A DNA stretch of 64,000 bases, taken from the IMG/VR virus record IMGVR_UViG_3300027712_000017; one strand, given 5' to 3'. Below, in pieces: positions 1 to 7,864 of the stretch. The translations under genes and the position numbers were made by a program. Below the pieces are notes generated by a model. It did no database searches. It was not told where the DNA came from and saw only the letters and a list, made by a program, of their open reading frames with translations. Source of the stretch: a virus. Its lineage: Duplodnaviria; Heunggongvirae; Uroviricota; Caudoviricetes. Position 1 is the first letter of the stretch; each line of letters starts with the position of its first letter.

Positions 1-29
1 CACGGGTTCGAACCCCGTTATCCGCTCCA
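1..29 (+). tRNA. 3' end of a tRNA truncated by the window edge (T-arm GGGTTCGAACCCCG, acceptor ...CCGCTCCA)
   Basis: T-loop-like GTTCGAA flanked by ACGGG/CCCGT stem and terminal CCA; closely resembles 3' end of tRNA-Gly at 1613..1687. Confidence 0.5.
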
Positions 30-31
30 AT

Positions 32-105
32 GTCGGTGAAGTGTTATGGTAGCACGGCGGTCTCCAAAACCGCAAGCCAGAGTTCGACTCTCTGCACCCT
101 CGCCA
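32..105 (+). tRNA. tRNA-like, anticodon loop CTCCAAA (anticodon CCA, Trp-type); acceptor stem has 2 mismatches
   Basis: D-arm GTGT/TATGGTA/GCAC, anticodon stem GCGGT/ACCGC, T-arm CAGAG-TTCGACT-CTCTG, 3' CCA; acceptor pairing imperfect. Confidence 0.4.
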
Positions 106-111
106 AATTAT

Positions 112-186
112 GCCCGGTTAGCTCAGAGGTAGAGCGCTTCCTTTACACGGAAGATGTCATCTGTTCGATCCAGATACTGGGTACCA
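112..186 (+). tRNA. tRNA-Val (anticodon TAC)
   Basis: cloverleaf: acceptor GCCCGGT/ACTGGGT (2 GU), D-arm GCTC-AGAGGTA-GAGC, anticodon loop TTTACAC, T-arm ATCTG-TTCGATC-CAGAT, CCA. Confidence 0.75.
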
Positions 187-196
187 TTCAAGGAGG

Positions 197-397
197 TTGT
201 TATATGTCAATGCGTCAAGCGTCAAGGTTGTTTTAACTTACTGGTATGATATTCGAAAGACTATCCCAGTAGATTGGAACAACAAAGAGTCTATAAACCG
301 CTTCAAAGAAGCAAGTGATAAATATGCTAAGACCTGGTCGAAACTGAGTAGTGAAGATCAAGGATTAGTATGCGAATATATCTCAGGGGTATTGTAA
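197..397 (+). CDS. hypothetical small protein (TTG start directly after SD; start uncertain)
   Basis: ORF track 66 aa; strong SD AAGGAGG at 190-196; first in-frame ATG absent; low confidence. Confidence 0.25.
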   Translation: MLYVNASSVKVVLTYWYDIRKTIPVDWNNKESINRFKEASDKYAKTWSKLSSEDQGLVCEYISGVL

Positions 398-537
398 TGA
401 TTACAGTAAAGTATAAAGATTTGACTGCAACATATGATGAACAGACCGCAAAAGATTTAAAAGATGCACACGGTATAGACATTGAAAAAGAGTTGTTAGA
501 AACTATGAAATGTCTATACAAAGAACAAAAAGAATAA
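397..537 (+). CDS. hypothetical small protein (46 aa)
   Basis: ATG overlapping upstream TAA (TAATG), ends TAA 2 nt before next tRNA; lysine/glutamate rich. Confidence 0.4.
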   Translation: MITVKYKDLTATYDEQTAKDLKDAHGIDIEKELLETMKCLYKEQKE

Positions 538-538
538 T

Positions 539-614
539 GCCTCGGTGGTGAAATGGTAAACACACCGGTCTTAGAAGCCGTAAGCTGAGAGTTCGAGTCT
601 CTCCCGGGGCACCA
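539..614 (+). tRNA. tRNA, anticodon loop CTTAGAA (anticodon TAG, Leu-type anticodon on a class-I-length tRNA)
   Basis: acceptor GCCTCGG/CCGGGGC, T-arm GAGAG-TTCGAGT-CTCTC, discriminator A, CCA; anticodon stem 4 bp with 27-43 mismatch. Confidence 0.55.
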
Positions 615-631
615 ATAAATAGGAGGACTAT

Positions 632-847
632 ATGCGTGATCGTGCGTTTCGTCGTTTCCAGGAAATCAAAAAGAAGAAATGGGTCGTTAAGATCTTTTCT
701 CGATGGCGACCTCTTGATGAATCTTCGATAGGACAATTAGCGCATACTCCACACAATTGTTCTTGTCATATGTGCGGTAATCCTCGCAAGCACTGGAAAA
801 ACAAGACGATGCAAGAAAAACGCATCGACCAATACGAATACGAATAA
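632..847 (+). CDS. small Cys/His-rich protein (possible zinc-binding), embedded in tRNA cluster
   Basis: strong SD ATAGGAGGACTAT-ATG; motif HNCSCHMCGNPRKH; 71 aa. Confidence 0.55.
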   Translation: MRDRAFRRFQEIKKKKWVVKIFSRWRPLDESSIGQLAHTPHNCSCHMCGNPRKHWKNKTMQEKRIDQYEYE

Positions 848-848
848 C

Positions 849-922
849 GCTGCTATCGTCTAGTGGTAATACACATCCTTGGTACGGATGAGATGGAAGT
901 TCGATTCTTCCTAGCAGCACCA
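849..922 (+). tRNA. tRNA-Thr (anticodon GGT)
   Basis: perfect acceptor GCTGCTA/TAGCAGC, anticodon stem CATCC/GGATG loop TTGGTAC, T-arm GGAAG-TTCGATT-CTTCC, CCA. Confidence 0.7.
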
Positions 923-926
923 ATTT

Positions 927-1002
927 GGGTCTAGAGCATGAACGGTGTATGCAGTCGCCTCTAAAACGAACAATCTGGGCTCGAGTCCCAGTAGGCCCAC
1001 CA
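927..1002 (+). tRNA. atypical tRNA-like gene; anticodon arm irregular (3-bp stem, loop CCTCTAAAA; possible anticodon CTA)
   Basis: good acceptor GGGTCTA/TAGGCCC, D-arm GCAT-GAACGGTGT-ATGC, T-arm CTGGG-CTCGAGT-CCCAG, CCA; anticodon arm does not fold canonically. Confidence 0.45.
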
Positions 1003-1106
1003 ACATTAACATGGAGAACTACAATGAGCGATAACTCGTAGATTACTGGTCCACCCTAAATTGAACTTTCAGTATAAACAACTTGAAATCAATTTAGGAG
1101 AATAAA

Positions 1107-1565
1107 ATGTCTGTAGAACTTAAAGTAAAATCTAAACACCTTTCTGAAGAAGCTCGTATCATTCGTTTTGAAGAGCGTAAACAACTCAAACAATATCAGT
1201 GGGGATTGAAACAATGGCATGCTGCTGGAAACAACGGTATGTATCCTCGTTGGGATGATAAAGCGTTCGGTGATTACTATTCATTAAAACATCACCGTAC
1301 ATGGGATGTTCGCAATGAGAATCGTGCCACGTTTCTTGCTCGTGCTTACATTGCTGGTGTGCCTTATGCATCAGTCGAACAAAAGCGTAAGCCTGAAAAA
1401 GAGAGTTACTTCCAGGTAATGGTCTTGCCCCGTGTATGGGCTATGGTTATCAAGTATGGTAAGTGCGAAGACAGCGATAGGGTCTGGGATCGTCAAAAAG
1501 GTAAATACGAAGCAACTGCTGTTTTAAAACAAAAAATTCAGCAATGGGCAACATTGCCTGCATAA
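1107..1565 (+). CDS. hypothetical protein
   Basis: 152-aa ORF with SD AGGAGAATAAA-ATG. Confidence 0.6.
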   Translation: MSVELKVKSKHLSEEARIIRFEERKQLKQYQWGLKQWHAAGNNGMYPRWDDKAFGDYYSLKHHRTWDVRNENRATFLARAYIAGVPYASVEQKRKPEKESYFQVMVLPRVWAMVIKYGKCEDSDRVWDRQKGKYEATAVLKQKIQQWATLPA

Positions 1566-1573
1566 ATAAAACG
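1562..1573 (+). promoter_or_regulatory. T4-late-promoter-like motif CATAAATAAAACG
   Basis: one of five intergenic (T/A)ATAAATAAA(A/G)(C/G) motifs; T4 late consensus is TATAAATA. Confidence 0.3.
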
Positions 1574-1612
1574 AAGGTTTGCCAGTTTCCTTAATAACTG
1601 GACCATATTCAT

Positions 1613-1687
1613 GCGGGTGTAGCTCAGCGGTAGAGCGCTATCCTTCCAAGTTAGATGTCGTGGGTTCGACCCCCATCTCCCGCTCCA
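1613..1687 (+). tRNA. tRNA-Gly (anticodon TCC)
   Basis: D-arm GCTC-AGCGGTA-GAGC, anticodon loop CTTCCAA, T-arm GTGGG-TTCGACC-CCCAT, CCA; one acceptor mismatch. Confidence 0.65.
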
Positions 1688-1691
1688 ATAT

Positions 1692-1767
1692 GCTGTCATA
1701 GCTCATCCGGTAGAGCAGTTGCCTTGTAAGCATCAGGTGCGGGGTTCAAGTCCTCGTGGCAGCACCA
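1692..1767 (+). tRNA. tRNA-Thr (anticodon TGT)
   Basis: perfect acceptor GCTGTCA/TGGCAGC, D-arm GCTC-ATCCGGTA-GAGC, anticodon loop CTTGTAA, T-loop TTCAAGT, CCA. Confidence 0.65.
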
Positions 1768-1802
1768 TTTAAACACATAAATAATTCAAAAGGAGTTATT
1801 TT

Positions 1803-2354
1803 ATGCTGTCATTTTCTACCTTCCTAAATGAACATATCTTGTCTATCGGATTCAACAAAGCCCATGAAGGTTTGCGTGAAAAACATAGACAAGAAATTCA
1901 CGACATGATCCGTAAGTCATATGAATCTGAAAATGGCTACGGCGGGCACGCTTCAGGATCAGAAGATGAATCTAAAGAAATCCATGACGCTATATCTAAA
2001 TCTAATATCAAAGCGGTAAGACGCGATGGTAAAATTACGGCGGTCAACTTGTATAAGGATCAGCATGGACGCAAGTCAATTGCATCTGCACAAAATGGCA
2101 CACCACAAGGTAAGAAAGATTGGTATAAGTTAAAACATGAAGATCATACTCAGAAAAGAGCTTGGGGTGAAGTCTCGCATAAAGTCCTACACATCCAAAA
2201 TAAAATGGGTGTACCAAAGATACCTTCTTCGAGAGCTAAAGAATTACTTGGAAAAGATGTGACACCTACACCCGGTGACGAGCATGAATATTCACGCAAA
2301 ATTGGCAAAGAAGTTTATCAAAAAACTATGATGGGTCACCCAAAAACCTCTTGA
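1803..2354 (+). CDS. hypothetical basic protein
   Basis: 183-aa ORF, SD AAAGGAG upstream; stop TGA lies inside downstream -35 box (TCTTGACA). Confidence 0.55.
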   Translation: MLSFSTFLNEHILSIGFNKAHEGLREKHRQEIHDMIRKSYESENGYGGHASGSEDESKEIHDAISKSNIKAVRRDGKITAVNLYKDQHGRKSIASAQNGTPQGKKDWYKLKHEDHTQKRAWGEVSHKVLHIQNKMGVPKIPSSRAKELLGKDVTPTPGDEHEYSRKIGKEVYQKTMMGHPKTS

Positions 2355-2378
2355 CATCTTTTGCAATTAATCGTATAT
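2350..2378 (+). promoter_or_regulatory. sigma70-type early promoter TTGACATCTTTTGCAATTAATCG-TATATT (same family as the cassette promoters)
   Basis: TTGACA, 17-nt spacer, TATATT; shares TTGACATCTTTT core with 43.9-58 kb cassettes. Confidence 0.5.
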
Positions 2379-2400
2379 TCATTATGAAGGAGTGATAAAC

Positions 2401-2916
2401 ATGAAGAAGATTGTAGTATACTTTCACGGATATGGTTCGTCGGCACAGACTGACAAGGTTCAACAATTGCGTGACGCTGAAATTGAAACCTATTCGTGGG
2501 ACATTAATGTAGATCCTGATGTGTCAATTGAAGTCTTGATGAAAAATATTGATGACATGTTGATGGATGAGATGCACGAACCTGCTCGTGTCTTTTTCGT
2601 AGGCACTTCACTCGGTGCGTGGTATGCTTCTTTGTTGGGTAATCTTTATGGTATCAAAACTATTCTGATCAATCCATCATACAATCCTAAAGAATCGCTT
2701 GCAAAGTATGGTGTTGATCGTAGTATCCTTGAGAACTATATGATCGGTGTTGACTTTGATCCTACTCAAAAAGTATTCATCGGGACTGCAGACGAAGTAA
2801 TCGACTTCAGCGATGTTGACTTTAACGGTGCAGATATAACTTATATTGAAGGTGGCGATCATCGGTTCAATAAAGAGTTTCATCATGTGATTAACTATAT
2901 TAAGGATTTTAAATGA
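2401..2916 (+). CDS. alpha/beta-hydrolase fold esterase-like protein
   Basis: SD AAGGAG; motifs VVYFHGYGSS and GTSLGAWYA (GxSxG nucleophile elbow). Confidence 0.6.
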   Translation: MKKIVVYFHGYGSSAQTDKVQQLRDAEIETYSWDINVDPDVSIEVLMKNIDDMLMDEMHEPARVFFVGTSLGAWYASLLGNLYGIKTILINPSYNPKESLAKYGVDRSILENYMIGVDFDPTQKVFIGTADEVIDFSDVDFNGADITYIEGGDHRFNKEFHHVINYIKDFK

Positions 2917-3326
2917 AGATAGGATTTACTTGTTCAACCTTTGATTTGTTTCATGCAGGTCATGTTGCAATGCTTGAAGAAGCTAAACAGCAATGTGATT
3001 GGTTGATTGCAGGTATTCAAATTGATCCTTCGCTTGATAGAACTGAAAAGAAAAAACCAGTTCAATCGCTAATCGAAAGACAAATTCAAGTTCGTGGATG
3101 TAGATATGTTGATGAAACAATTGTATATGGATCAGAAAATGATTTGTATGATTTACTAACGACAGTTCCTATTGATATTCGAATACTCGGTGAAGAGTAT
3201 TACAATAAAAAATTCACTGGAGATGATCTTCACATGGAATTTTACTTCAACAAAAGACGCCATAAATTCAGTAGCACTGAATTGAGGCAACGTGTTCATA
3301 AAGCTAATGGAGAAATAAAGGTGTAA
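2913..3326 (+). CDS. cytidylyltransferase-like nucleotidyltransferase (HxGH family)
   Basis: N-terminal CSTFDLFHAGH (HxGH motif); ATGA overlap with upstream gene. Confidence 0.6.
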   Translation: MKIGFTCSTFDLFHAGHVAMLEEAKQQCDWLIAGIQIDPSLDRTEKKKPVQSLIERQIQVRGCRYVDETIVYGSENDLYDLLTTVPIDIRILGEEYYNKKFTGDDLHMEFYFNKRRHKFSSTELRQRVHKANGEIKV

Positions 3327-3328
3327 CT

Positions 3329-3814
3329 ATGTTTACTCAGAGACAAATCGAAGAAATAGTCGACTTGCTAATCACTCTTGACACATCAACCAAAGTATAT
3401 CTAGGTTGTGACTCAGTGAGATTCATGAGAGAAGGTCGCTGGCACGCAAGATACGCAACAGTTGCTATCATCCACAAAAATGGCAAGAATGGTTGCAGAA
3501 TCTTCAGCAATGTTTCTATCGAAGCAGATTACGATCTGAAGAAGAACCGTCCGAAGATGCGTATGATGAATGAAGTCTCTAAAGTATGTTCACTTTACAC
3601 ACAACTAGCTCCGTTCATTGATGAATATGACATTGAAATTCATCTTGACATTAACACCGACCCAAAGCATGGATCAAACTGCGCTGCAAACGAAGCAGCA
3701 GGTTTTGTTCTAGGTATGACTGGTATCGAACCAAAACTGAAACCAGATTCATGGGCAGCATCATTCGGTGCTGACGGCGTTGCTCACGGCAGAGGATATA
3801 AAGCAGTTGCCTAA
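3329..3814 (+). CDS. hypothetical protein, possibly RNase H-fold DUF458/YkuK-like
   Basis: motifs LGCDS and IEIHLDINTDPKHGS reminiscent of DUF458; inference only. Confidence 0.45.
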   Translation: MFTQRQIEEIVDLLITLDTSTKVYLGCDSVRFMREGRWHARYATVAIIHKNGKNGCRIFSNVSIEADYDLKKNRPKMRMMNEVSKVCSLYTQLAPFIDEYDIEIHLDINTDPKHGSNCAANEAAGFVLGMTGIEPKLKPDSWAASFGADGVAHGRGYKAVA

Positions 3815-3869
3815 AAAATCAATCTACAGGGGTGCAGGTAACCTCAATATGAAGGGTAAAAAGACTATG

Positions 3870-3900
3870 CGTATGCGCTGTGGGTGTTGCAGCGCATACG
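3870..3900 (+). other. strong intergenic hairpin (11-bp stem CGTATGCGCTG/CAGCGCATACG, 9-nt loop), no U-tract
   Basis: perfect inverted repeat read directly from sequence between ORF 3329..3814 and tRNA-Ser. Confidence 0.5.
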
Positions 3901-3943
3901 ACTTTCGTGATGATGAGTTGAAGAAAGAGCACAAAAAAGAAAT

Positions 3944-4035
3944 GGATCATTGGGTGAGTGGCTTAAACCAGCGGTTTGCTAAACCGTCGAACCTGTAATA
4001 GGGTTCCGCGAGTTCGAATCTCGCATGATCCGCCA
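3944..4035 (+). tRNA. tRNA-Ser (anticodon GCT), type II
   Basis: acceptor GGATCAT/ATGATCC, anticodon loop TTGCTAA, long variable arm, T-arm GCGAG-TTCGAAT-CTCGC, discriminator G, CCA. Confidence 0.75.
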
Positions 4036-4053
4036 TATCTAATAGGATTTGTG

Positions 4054-4326
4054 ATGCAAAGCATATATTATGACCCCCTCATGAGATCATCATGGTCTGA
4101 TGAACAACTGAATTTAATTCGTGATTTGCGTAAGATTAAAGCACAGCAAGAAGGTAATCCTTTGCTGTCTAAAATTCATCGCAAAGAACATCAAAGTTTT
4201 GTTAAAGCTTGCACTATTTTAATTGAGTATTTTTATGGTACAGGAAGATTTGCTGAACGCAGTTCATATACTGATTTTCCTGAAGAACTTGAACCTTATA
4301 TGTACTATGCTCTGAGTTTGCTTTAA
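4054..4326 (+). CDS. hypothetical protein (90 aa)
   Basis: first ATG after tRNA-Ser with SD AGGA; longer track ORF would overlap the tRNA. Confidence 0.5.
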   Translation: MQSIYYDPLMRSSWSDEQLNLIRDLRKIKAQQEGNPLLSKIHRKEHQSFVKACTILIEYFYGTGRFAERSSYTDFPEELEPYMYYALSLL

Positions 4327-4337
4327 TAAATAAAACG
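4326..4337 (+). promoter_or_regulatory. T4-late-promoter-like motif AATAAATAAAACG upstream of hsp20
   Basis: motif family (see 1562, 10571, 16135, 20571). Confidence 0.3.
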
Positions 4338-4391
4338 TCTATGCCAAATGGGTAGATACACAACAACCTTGCTTTTAAGAAGGAAACTAAC

Positions 4392-4841
4392 ATGACAAAC
4401 ACCGTATTTGATACGTTTTTTAAGCAATTCCCAACCACAGTCGGTTTTGATGTAATGGTGAAACAACTAGACGATATGCAAAAATCATTTGCAAAAACTG
4501 TCACGTATCCCCCATATAATGTAAAGAAGATTGACGAAAACAAGTATGTCATTGAATTGGCAGTTGCTGGTTTCGGCAAACAAGATATTGAAGTTGAACT
4601 GAAGGAAAAGGTCCTCAGCATCAAGGGCAATGTCAATTCGGATGAAAAAGACGATCCGTTCTATCTTTACAAAGGTATCGCCAATCGTGCGTTTACTCGC
4701 CAATTCACAATCGCAGACACAGTTGAAATTCAGAATGCTGAACTCATGAATGGTATGCTAAAGATTTGGCTAGAGAATATGACTCCTGCTCCTAAGTCTC
4801 GTAAAATCGAAGTCACAGAACAGAAGGAACGCAACCTATGA
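4392..4841 (+). CDS. small heat-shock protein, Hsp20/alpha-crystallin family (IbpA-like)
   Basis: SD AAGAAGGAAACTAAC-ATG; alpha-crystallin core AVAGFGKQDIEVELKEKVLSIKGN. Confidence 0.8.
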   Translation: MTNTVFDTFFKQFPTTVGFDVMVKQLDDMQKSFAKTVTYPPYNVKKIDENKYVIELAVAGFGKQDIEVELKEKVLSIKGNVNSDEKDDPFYLYKGIANRAFTRQFTIADTVEIQNAELMNGMLKIWLENMTPAPKSRKIEVTEQKERNL

Positions 4842-4990
4842 TTGGTAGATTATTTTTGTTAATGAGACAAATTTTCCATCGCAGATCTGAATATGAACAG
4901 ATGGAAGAATATTTAAGTCAAGCAGAAAACAATGTCCATCTTGAAATTTTACAAAAGAAATGGGACTTGGGCTATAGACCATAATAAAGA

Positions 4991-5014
4991 AAGGGAGCTT
5001 CGGCTCCCTTTTTG
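4991..5014 (+). terminator. rho-independent terminator (GGGAGC-TTCG-GCTCCC + T5)
   Basis: UUCG tetraloop hairpin followed by TTTTTGC. Confidence 0.7.
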
Positions 5015-5023
5015 CATTTCTGC

Positions 5024-5052
5024 TTGACATAATTACATTATCGTCGTATAAT
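5024..5052 (+). promoter_or_regulatory. sigma70 consensus promoter TTGACA-17-TATAAT upstream of DNA polymerase
   Basis: TTGACATAATTACATTATCGTCGTATAAT. Confidence 0.65.
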
Positions 5053-5077
5053 GTAAGTGTAACCTATTGGAGATAAC

Positions 5078-7591
5078 ATGAAGTTCTATACCTCAGTAAA
5101 CCTTGTTCGCAACAATATCCTTCTTCGTGGATACGACGATGGCAAGCGTGTTCAAGAATCTATTCCATATGAACCATTTTTGTTTATTTCATCACAAAAG
5201 AATAATGTAAAATATAAAACACTCGATGGTGATCCAGTTGATCGTATTGACTTCGGTTCACCTTCTGAAGCACGAGAGTTTCTTAAGACATATAAAGATG
5301 TGAATGGTATGACTGTTTATGGTTTCGACCGTTTTCAGTATTCATATATCTATGAAGCATACCCAGGTGAAATTCAATACGATCCTGATTTAATCAATGT
5401 TCTGAATATCGACATTGAAACGCCGACCGATCAGGGGTTCCCTGATATGCAGAAGGCAGAAGTTCCCGTCACTGCAATCACTATGAAGTGTCGAGACGAG
5501 TATATCGTTCTCGGGTTGCAAGAGTATGAGTCGAAAGATCCTAAAGTAAAATATATTCTATGCAAGGATGAGTATGCGTTGCTGTCGAATTTCATCAAGG
5601 TATGGAATATGCCTTCATGGAATCCCGACATCGTGACAGGTTGGAACATTGAGTTCTTCGACATCCCATACCTTGTCAATCGTATCACGAAACTATTTGG
5701 TGAGCGTGAAGCAAAGAAGTTGTCTCCTTGGGGTATCCTAGAAGAACATGAAATTGAGAACCGTGGTCGTAAGCAGCAGGCATTCCGTCCTATGGGTGTT
5801 GCTGTGCTTGACTATGTGCAACTATATAAGAAGCACACATATGTAAAGCAAGAGACATATAAACTTGATTACATCGCACAAGTCGAACTAGGTGAACAGA
5901 AACTCGACTATAGCGAGTATGATTCTTTATATGATCTGTATATCAAAAACCATACCAAGTTCATTGACTATAACATTCATGATGTTAAACTAGTGTCGAT
6001 GCTTGATGATAAGTTGAAGTTGTTTGAACTTGTATATGCGCTTGCATATGATGCAAAGGTCAACTATGAAGATACATTTGCATCGGTTAAACCATGGGAT
6101 GTGATCATACATAATTATCTACTAGAAGATAAAATCGTCATTCCTCAGTTTGATATGCGGGCACCTGATCGTGATCTTGCTGGTGGATATGTCAAGGAAC
6201 CTAAACCTGGGTTGTATAAGTGGGTTGTGTCTTTCGACTTGAACTCGCTATATCCTCACTTGATCATGCAGTATAACATCTCGCCAGATACTTTCGTGAC
6301 TCGTTTGATGCACAACTTCTCTGTTGACGAGTTGTTGAATGGTGCACTGGATGATATTCGAGATGAGTTTGAATCTCGTAATTGTGCAATCACAGCGAAC
6401 CTGTGCTTGTATGATAAAAAAAAGAAGGGTTTCCTTCCTAAACTCATGCAGAAAATGTATGATGACCGGGTTGTTTACAAGAAGAAAATGATCGAGTCAA
6501 AGAAGGAATACGAGGCAACTAAATCTGTGCAAGCGTCAAAGGATGTTGCTCGTTACCATAATATGCAACAGGCAAAGAAGATTCAGTTGAACTCAGCTTA
6601 TGGTGCACTCGGCAATCAATACTTCCGCTGGTTTGATATGAACCACGCAGAAGCAATCACGCTATCAGGTCAGTTGTCTATTCGCTGGATGGCAAACAAG
6701 ATGAATGGTTATCTGAATAAACTATTCAAAACACAAGGAGAAGATTATGTCATTGCTTGCGATACGGACTCGATGTATGTTAATTTTGATAAATTGGTGC
6801 AGTTGGTTTTTGCTGGAAGAAGTGAAGCTCCGAGTGATCTTGAAATCACCCGATACATGGACAAGGTATGTAAGGAGAAGATTGAGCCTTTCATTGATAG
6901 TTGTTACCAAGAGCTTTCTGTATATGTTAATGCATTTGATCAGAAGATGACAATGAAGCGGGAAGCAATCTCGAATAAGGGAGTGTGGACCGCAAAGAAA
7001 CGATATATTCTAAATGTGTATAACCTTGAAGGTGTCGAGTATGCAACTCCCAAACTCAAGATGCAAGGTATCGAAGCAGTTCGTTCTTCAACACCATCAG
7101 TTGTGCGAACTGCAATTCATGATGCACTTGAAATTATCATGAATAAAGATGAAAAGGCATTGCATAAATTCATTGATGACTTTCGTGACAAGTTCAAAAC
7201 ATTGCCATTCGATGAAGTCGCATTCCCTCGTGGGTGTAATGGATTGAGTAAATACAAAGATGCAACGCTAATTTATAAGAAGGGAACACCTATTCAAGTT
7301 AAGGGTGCGCTTTTATTCAATGACTTCCTAGAGAAGAAAGGATTGTCAAAGAAATATTCGCCGATCTATGAGGGTGATAAAATCAAGTTCGCTTATTTGA
7401 AAATGCCCAACCCGTTGCATAATCCTGTCGTGTCGGTTCCTGATGAACTACCCAAGCAATTAGGTCTACATAATTACGTTGACTATAATATGCAGTTTGA
7501 AAAATCATTCCTTGATCCCATTCAAACAATTCTAGATGCAATTGGTTGGCATTCAGAAGAAACAGTGACAATTGAAGATTTCTTTTCATGA
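5078..7591 (+). CDS. 43: family B DNA polymerase, T4 gp43 type
   Basis: 837 aa; motifs TGWNIEFFDIPYL (exo), SFDLNSLYPHLI (motif A), NSAYGALGN, CDTDS (motif C), KKRY. Confidence 0.95.
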   Translation: MKFYTSVNLVRNNILLRGYDDGKRVQESIPYEPFLFISSQKNNVKYKTLDGDPVDRIDFGSPSEAREFLKTYKDVNGMTVYGFDRFQYSYIYEAYPGEIQYDPDLINVLNIDIETPTDQGFPDMQKAEVPVTAITMKCRDEYIVLGLQEYESKDPKVKYILCKDEYALLSNFIKVWNMPSWNPDIVTGWNIEFFDIPYLVNRITKLFGEREAKKLSPWGILEEHEIENRGRKQQAFRPMGVAVLDYVQLYKKHTYVKQETYKLDYIAQVELGEQKLDYSEYDSLYDLYIKNHTKFIDYNIHDVKLVSMLDDKLKLFELVYALAYDAKVNYEDTFASVKPWDVIIHNYLLEDKIVIPQFDMRAPDRDLAGGYVKEPKPGLYKWVVSFDLNSLYPHLIMQYNISPDTFVTRLMHNFSVDELLNGALDDIRDEFESRNCAITANLCLYDKKKKGFLPKLMQKMYDDRVVYKKKMIESKKEYEATKSVQASKDVARYHNMQQAKKIQLNSAYGALGNQYFRWFDMNHAEAITLSGQLSIRWMANKMNGYLNKLFKTQGEDYVIACDTDSMYVNFDKLVQLVFAGRSEAPSDLEITRYMDKVCKEKIEPFIDSCYQELSVYVNAFDQKMTMKREAISNKGVWTAKKRYILNVYNLEGVEYATPKLKMQGIEAVRSSTPSVVRTAIHDALEIIMNKDEKALHKFIDDFRDKFKTLPFDEVAFPRGCNGLSKYKDATLIYKKGTPIQVKGALLFNDFLEKKGLSKKYSPIYEGDKIKFAYLKMPNPLHNPVVSVPDELPKQLGLHNYVDYNMQFEKSFLDPIQTILDAIGWHSEETVTIEDFFS

Positions 7592-7598
7592 GGAAACA

Positions 7599-7823
7599 AT
7601 GACAGATTATATACCAAAACTAAACGAAGATGACTTCGGGTTTTCGTTCACAAGTGCTGAAGAGATAGCACCCACAGACAAAGTGCAGGGGATTTACAAT
7701 ATGATTCTTCCCCTGCTAAACAACCTACAAGCAAATCCTGAAAAGGAAATGATACACTGGCCCGACCGTGTGAAAAAAATTGAAGCATTCAAAGCAAAAC
7801 TGAAAAAATATATTGATCAATGA
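7599..7823 (+). CDS. hypothetical protein (74 aa)
   Basis: SD GAGGAAACA-ATG just after gp43 stop. Confidence 0.45.
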   Translation: MTDYIPKLNEDDFGFSFTSAEEIAPTDKVQGIYNMILPLLNNLQANPEKEMIHWPDRVKKIEAFKAKLKKYIDQ

Positions 7824-7840
7824 AAAATATGTGTTATACT
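7813..7840 (+). promoter_or_regulatory. putative promoter TTGATC-16-TATACT upstream of uvsX
   Basis: read from sequence; weaker match. Confidence 0.35.
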
Positions 7841-7864
7841 AAATAATACAACACAGGAGGCATA

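Noticed and set aside
30-923. Track ORFs 30..236(+), 687..923(-), 327..563(-) and 503..736(-) in the tRNA cluster
   Set aside because: They overlap tRNA genes or each other, have no SD, and have a junk-like composition.
927-1002. Interpretation of the atypical tRNA as a functional amber suppressor
   Set aside because: Many genes in the window terminate with TAG and nothing suggests stop-codon reassignment, so a functional suppressor is unlikely. It is kept only as a low-confidence possibility.
3768-3998. ORF 3768..3998 covering the hairpin and 5' half of tRNA-Ser
   Set aside because: It would require read-through of the upstream gene's C-terminal region and overlap with the tRNA. A small ORF MKGKKTMRMRCGCCS... 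inside it remains conceivable but is unsupported.
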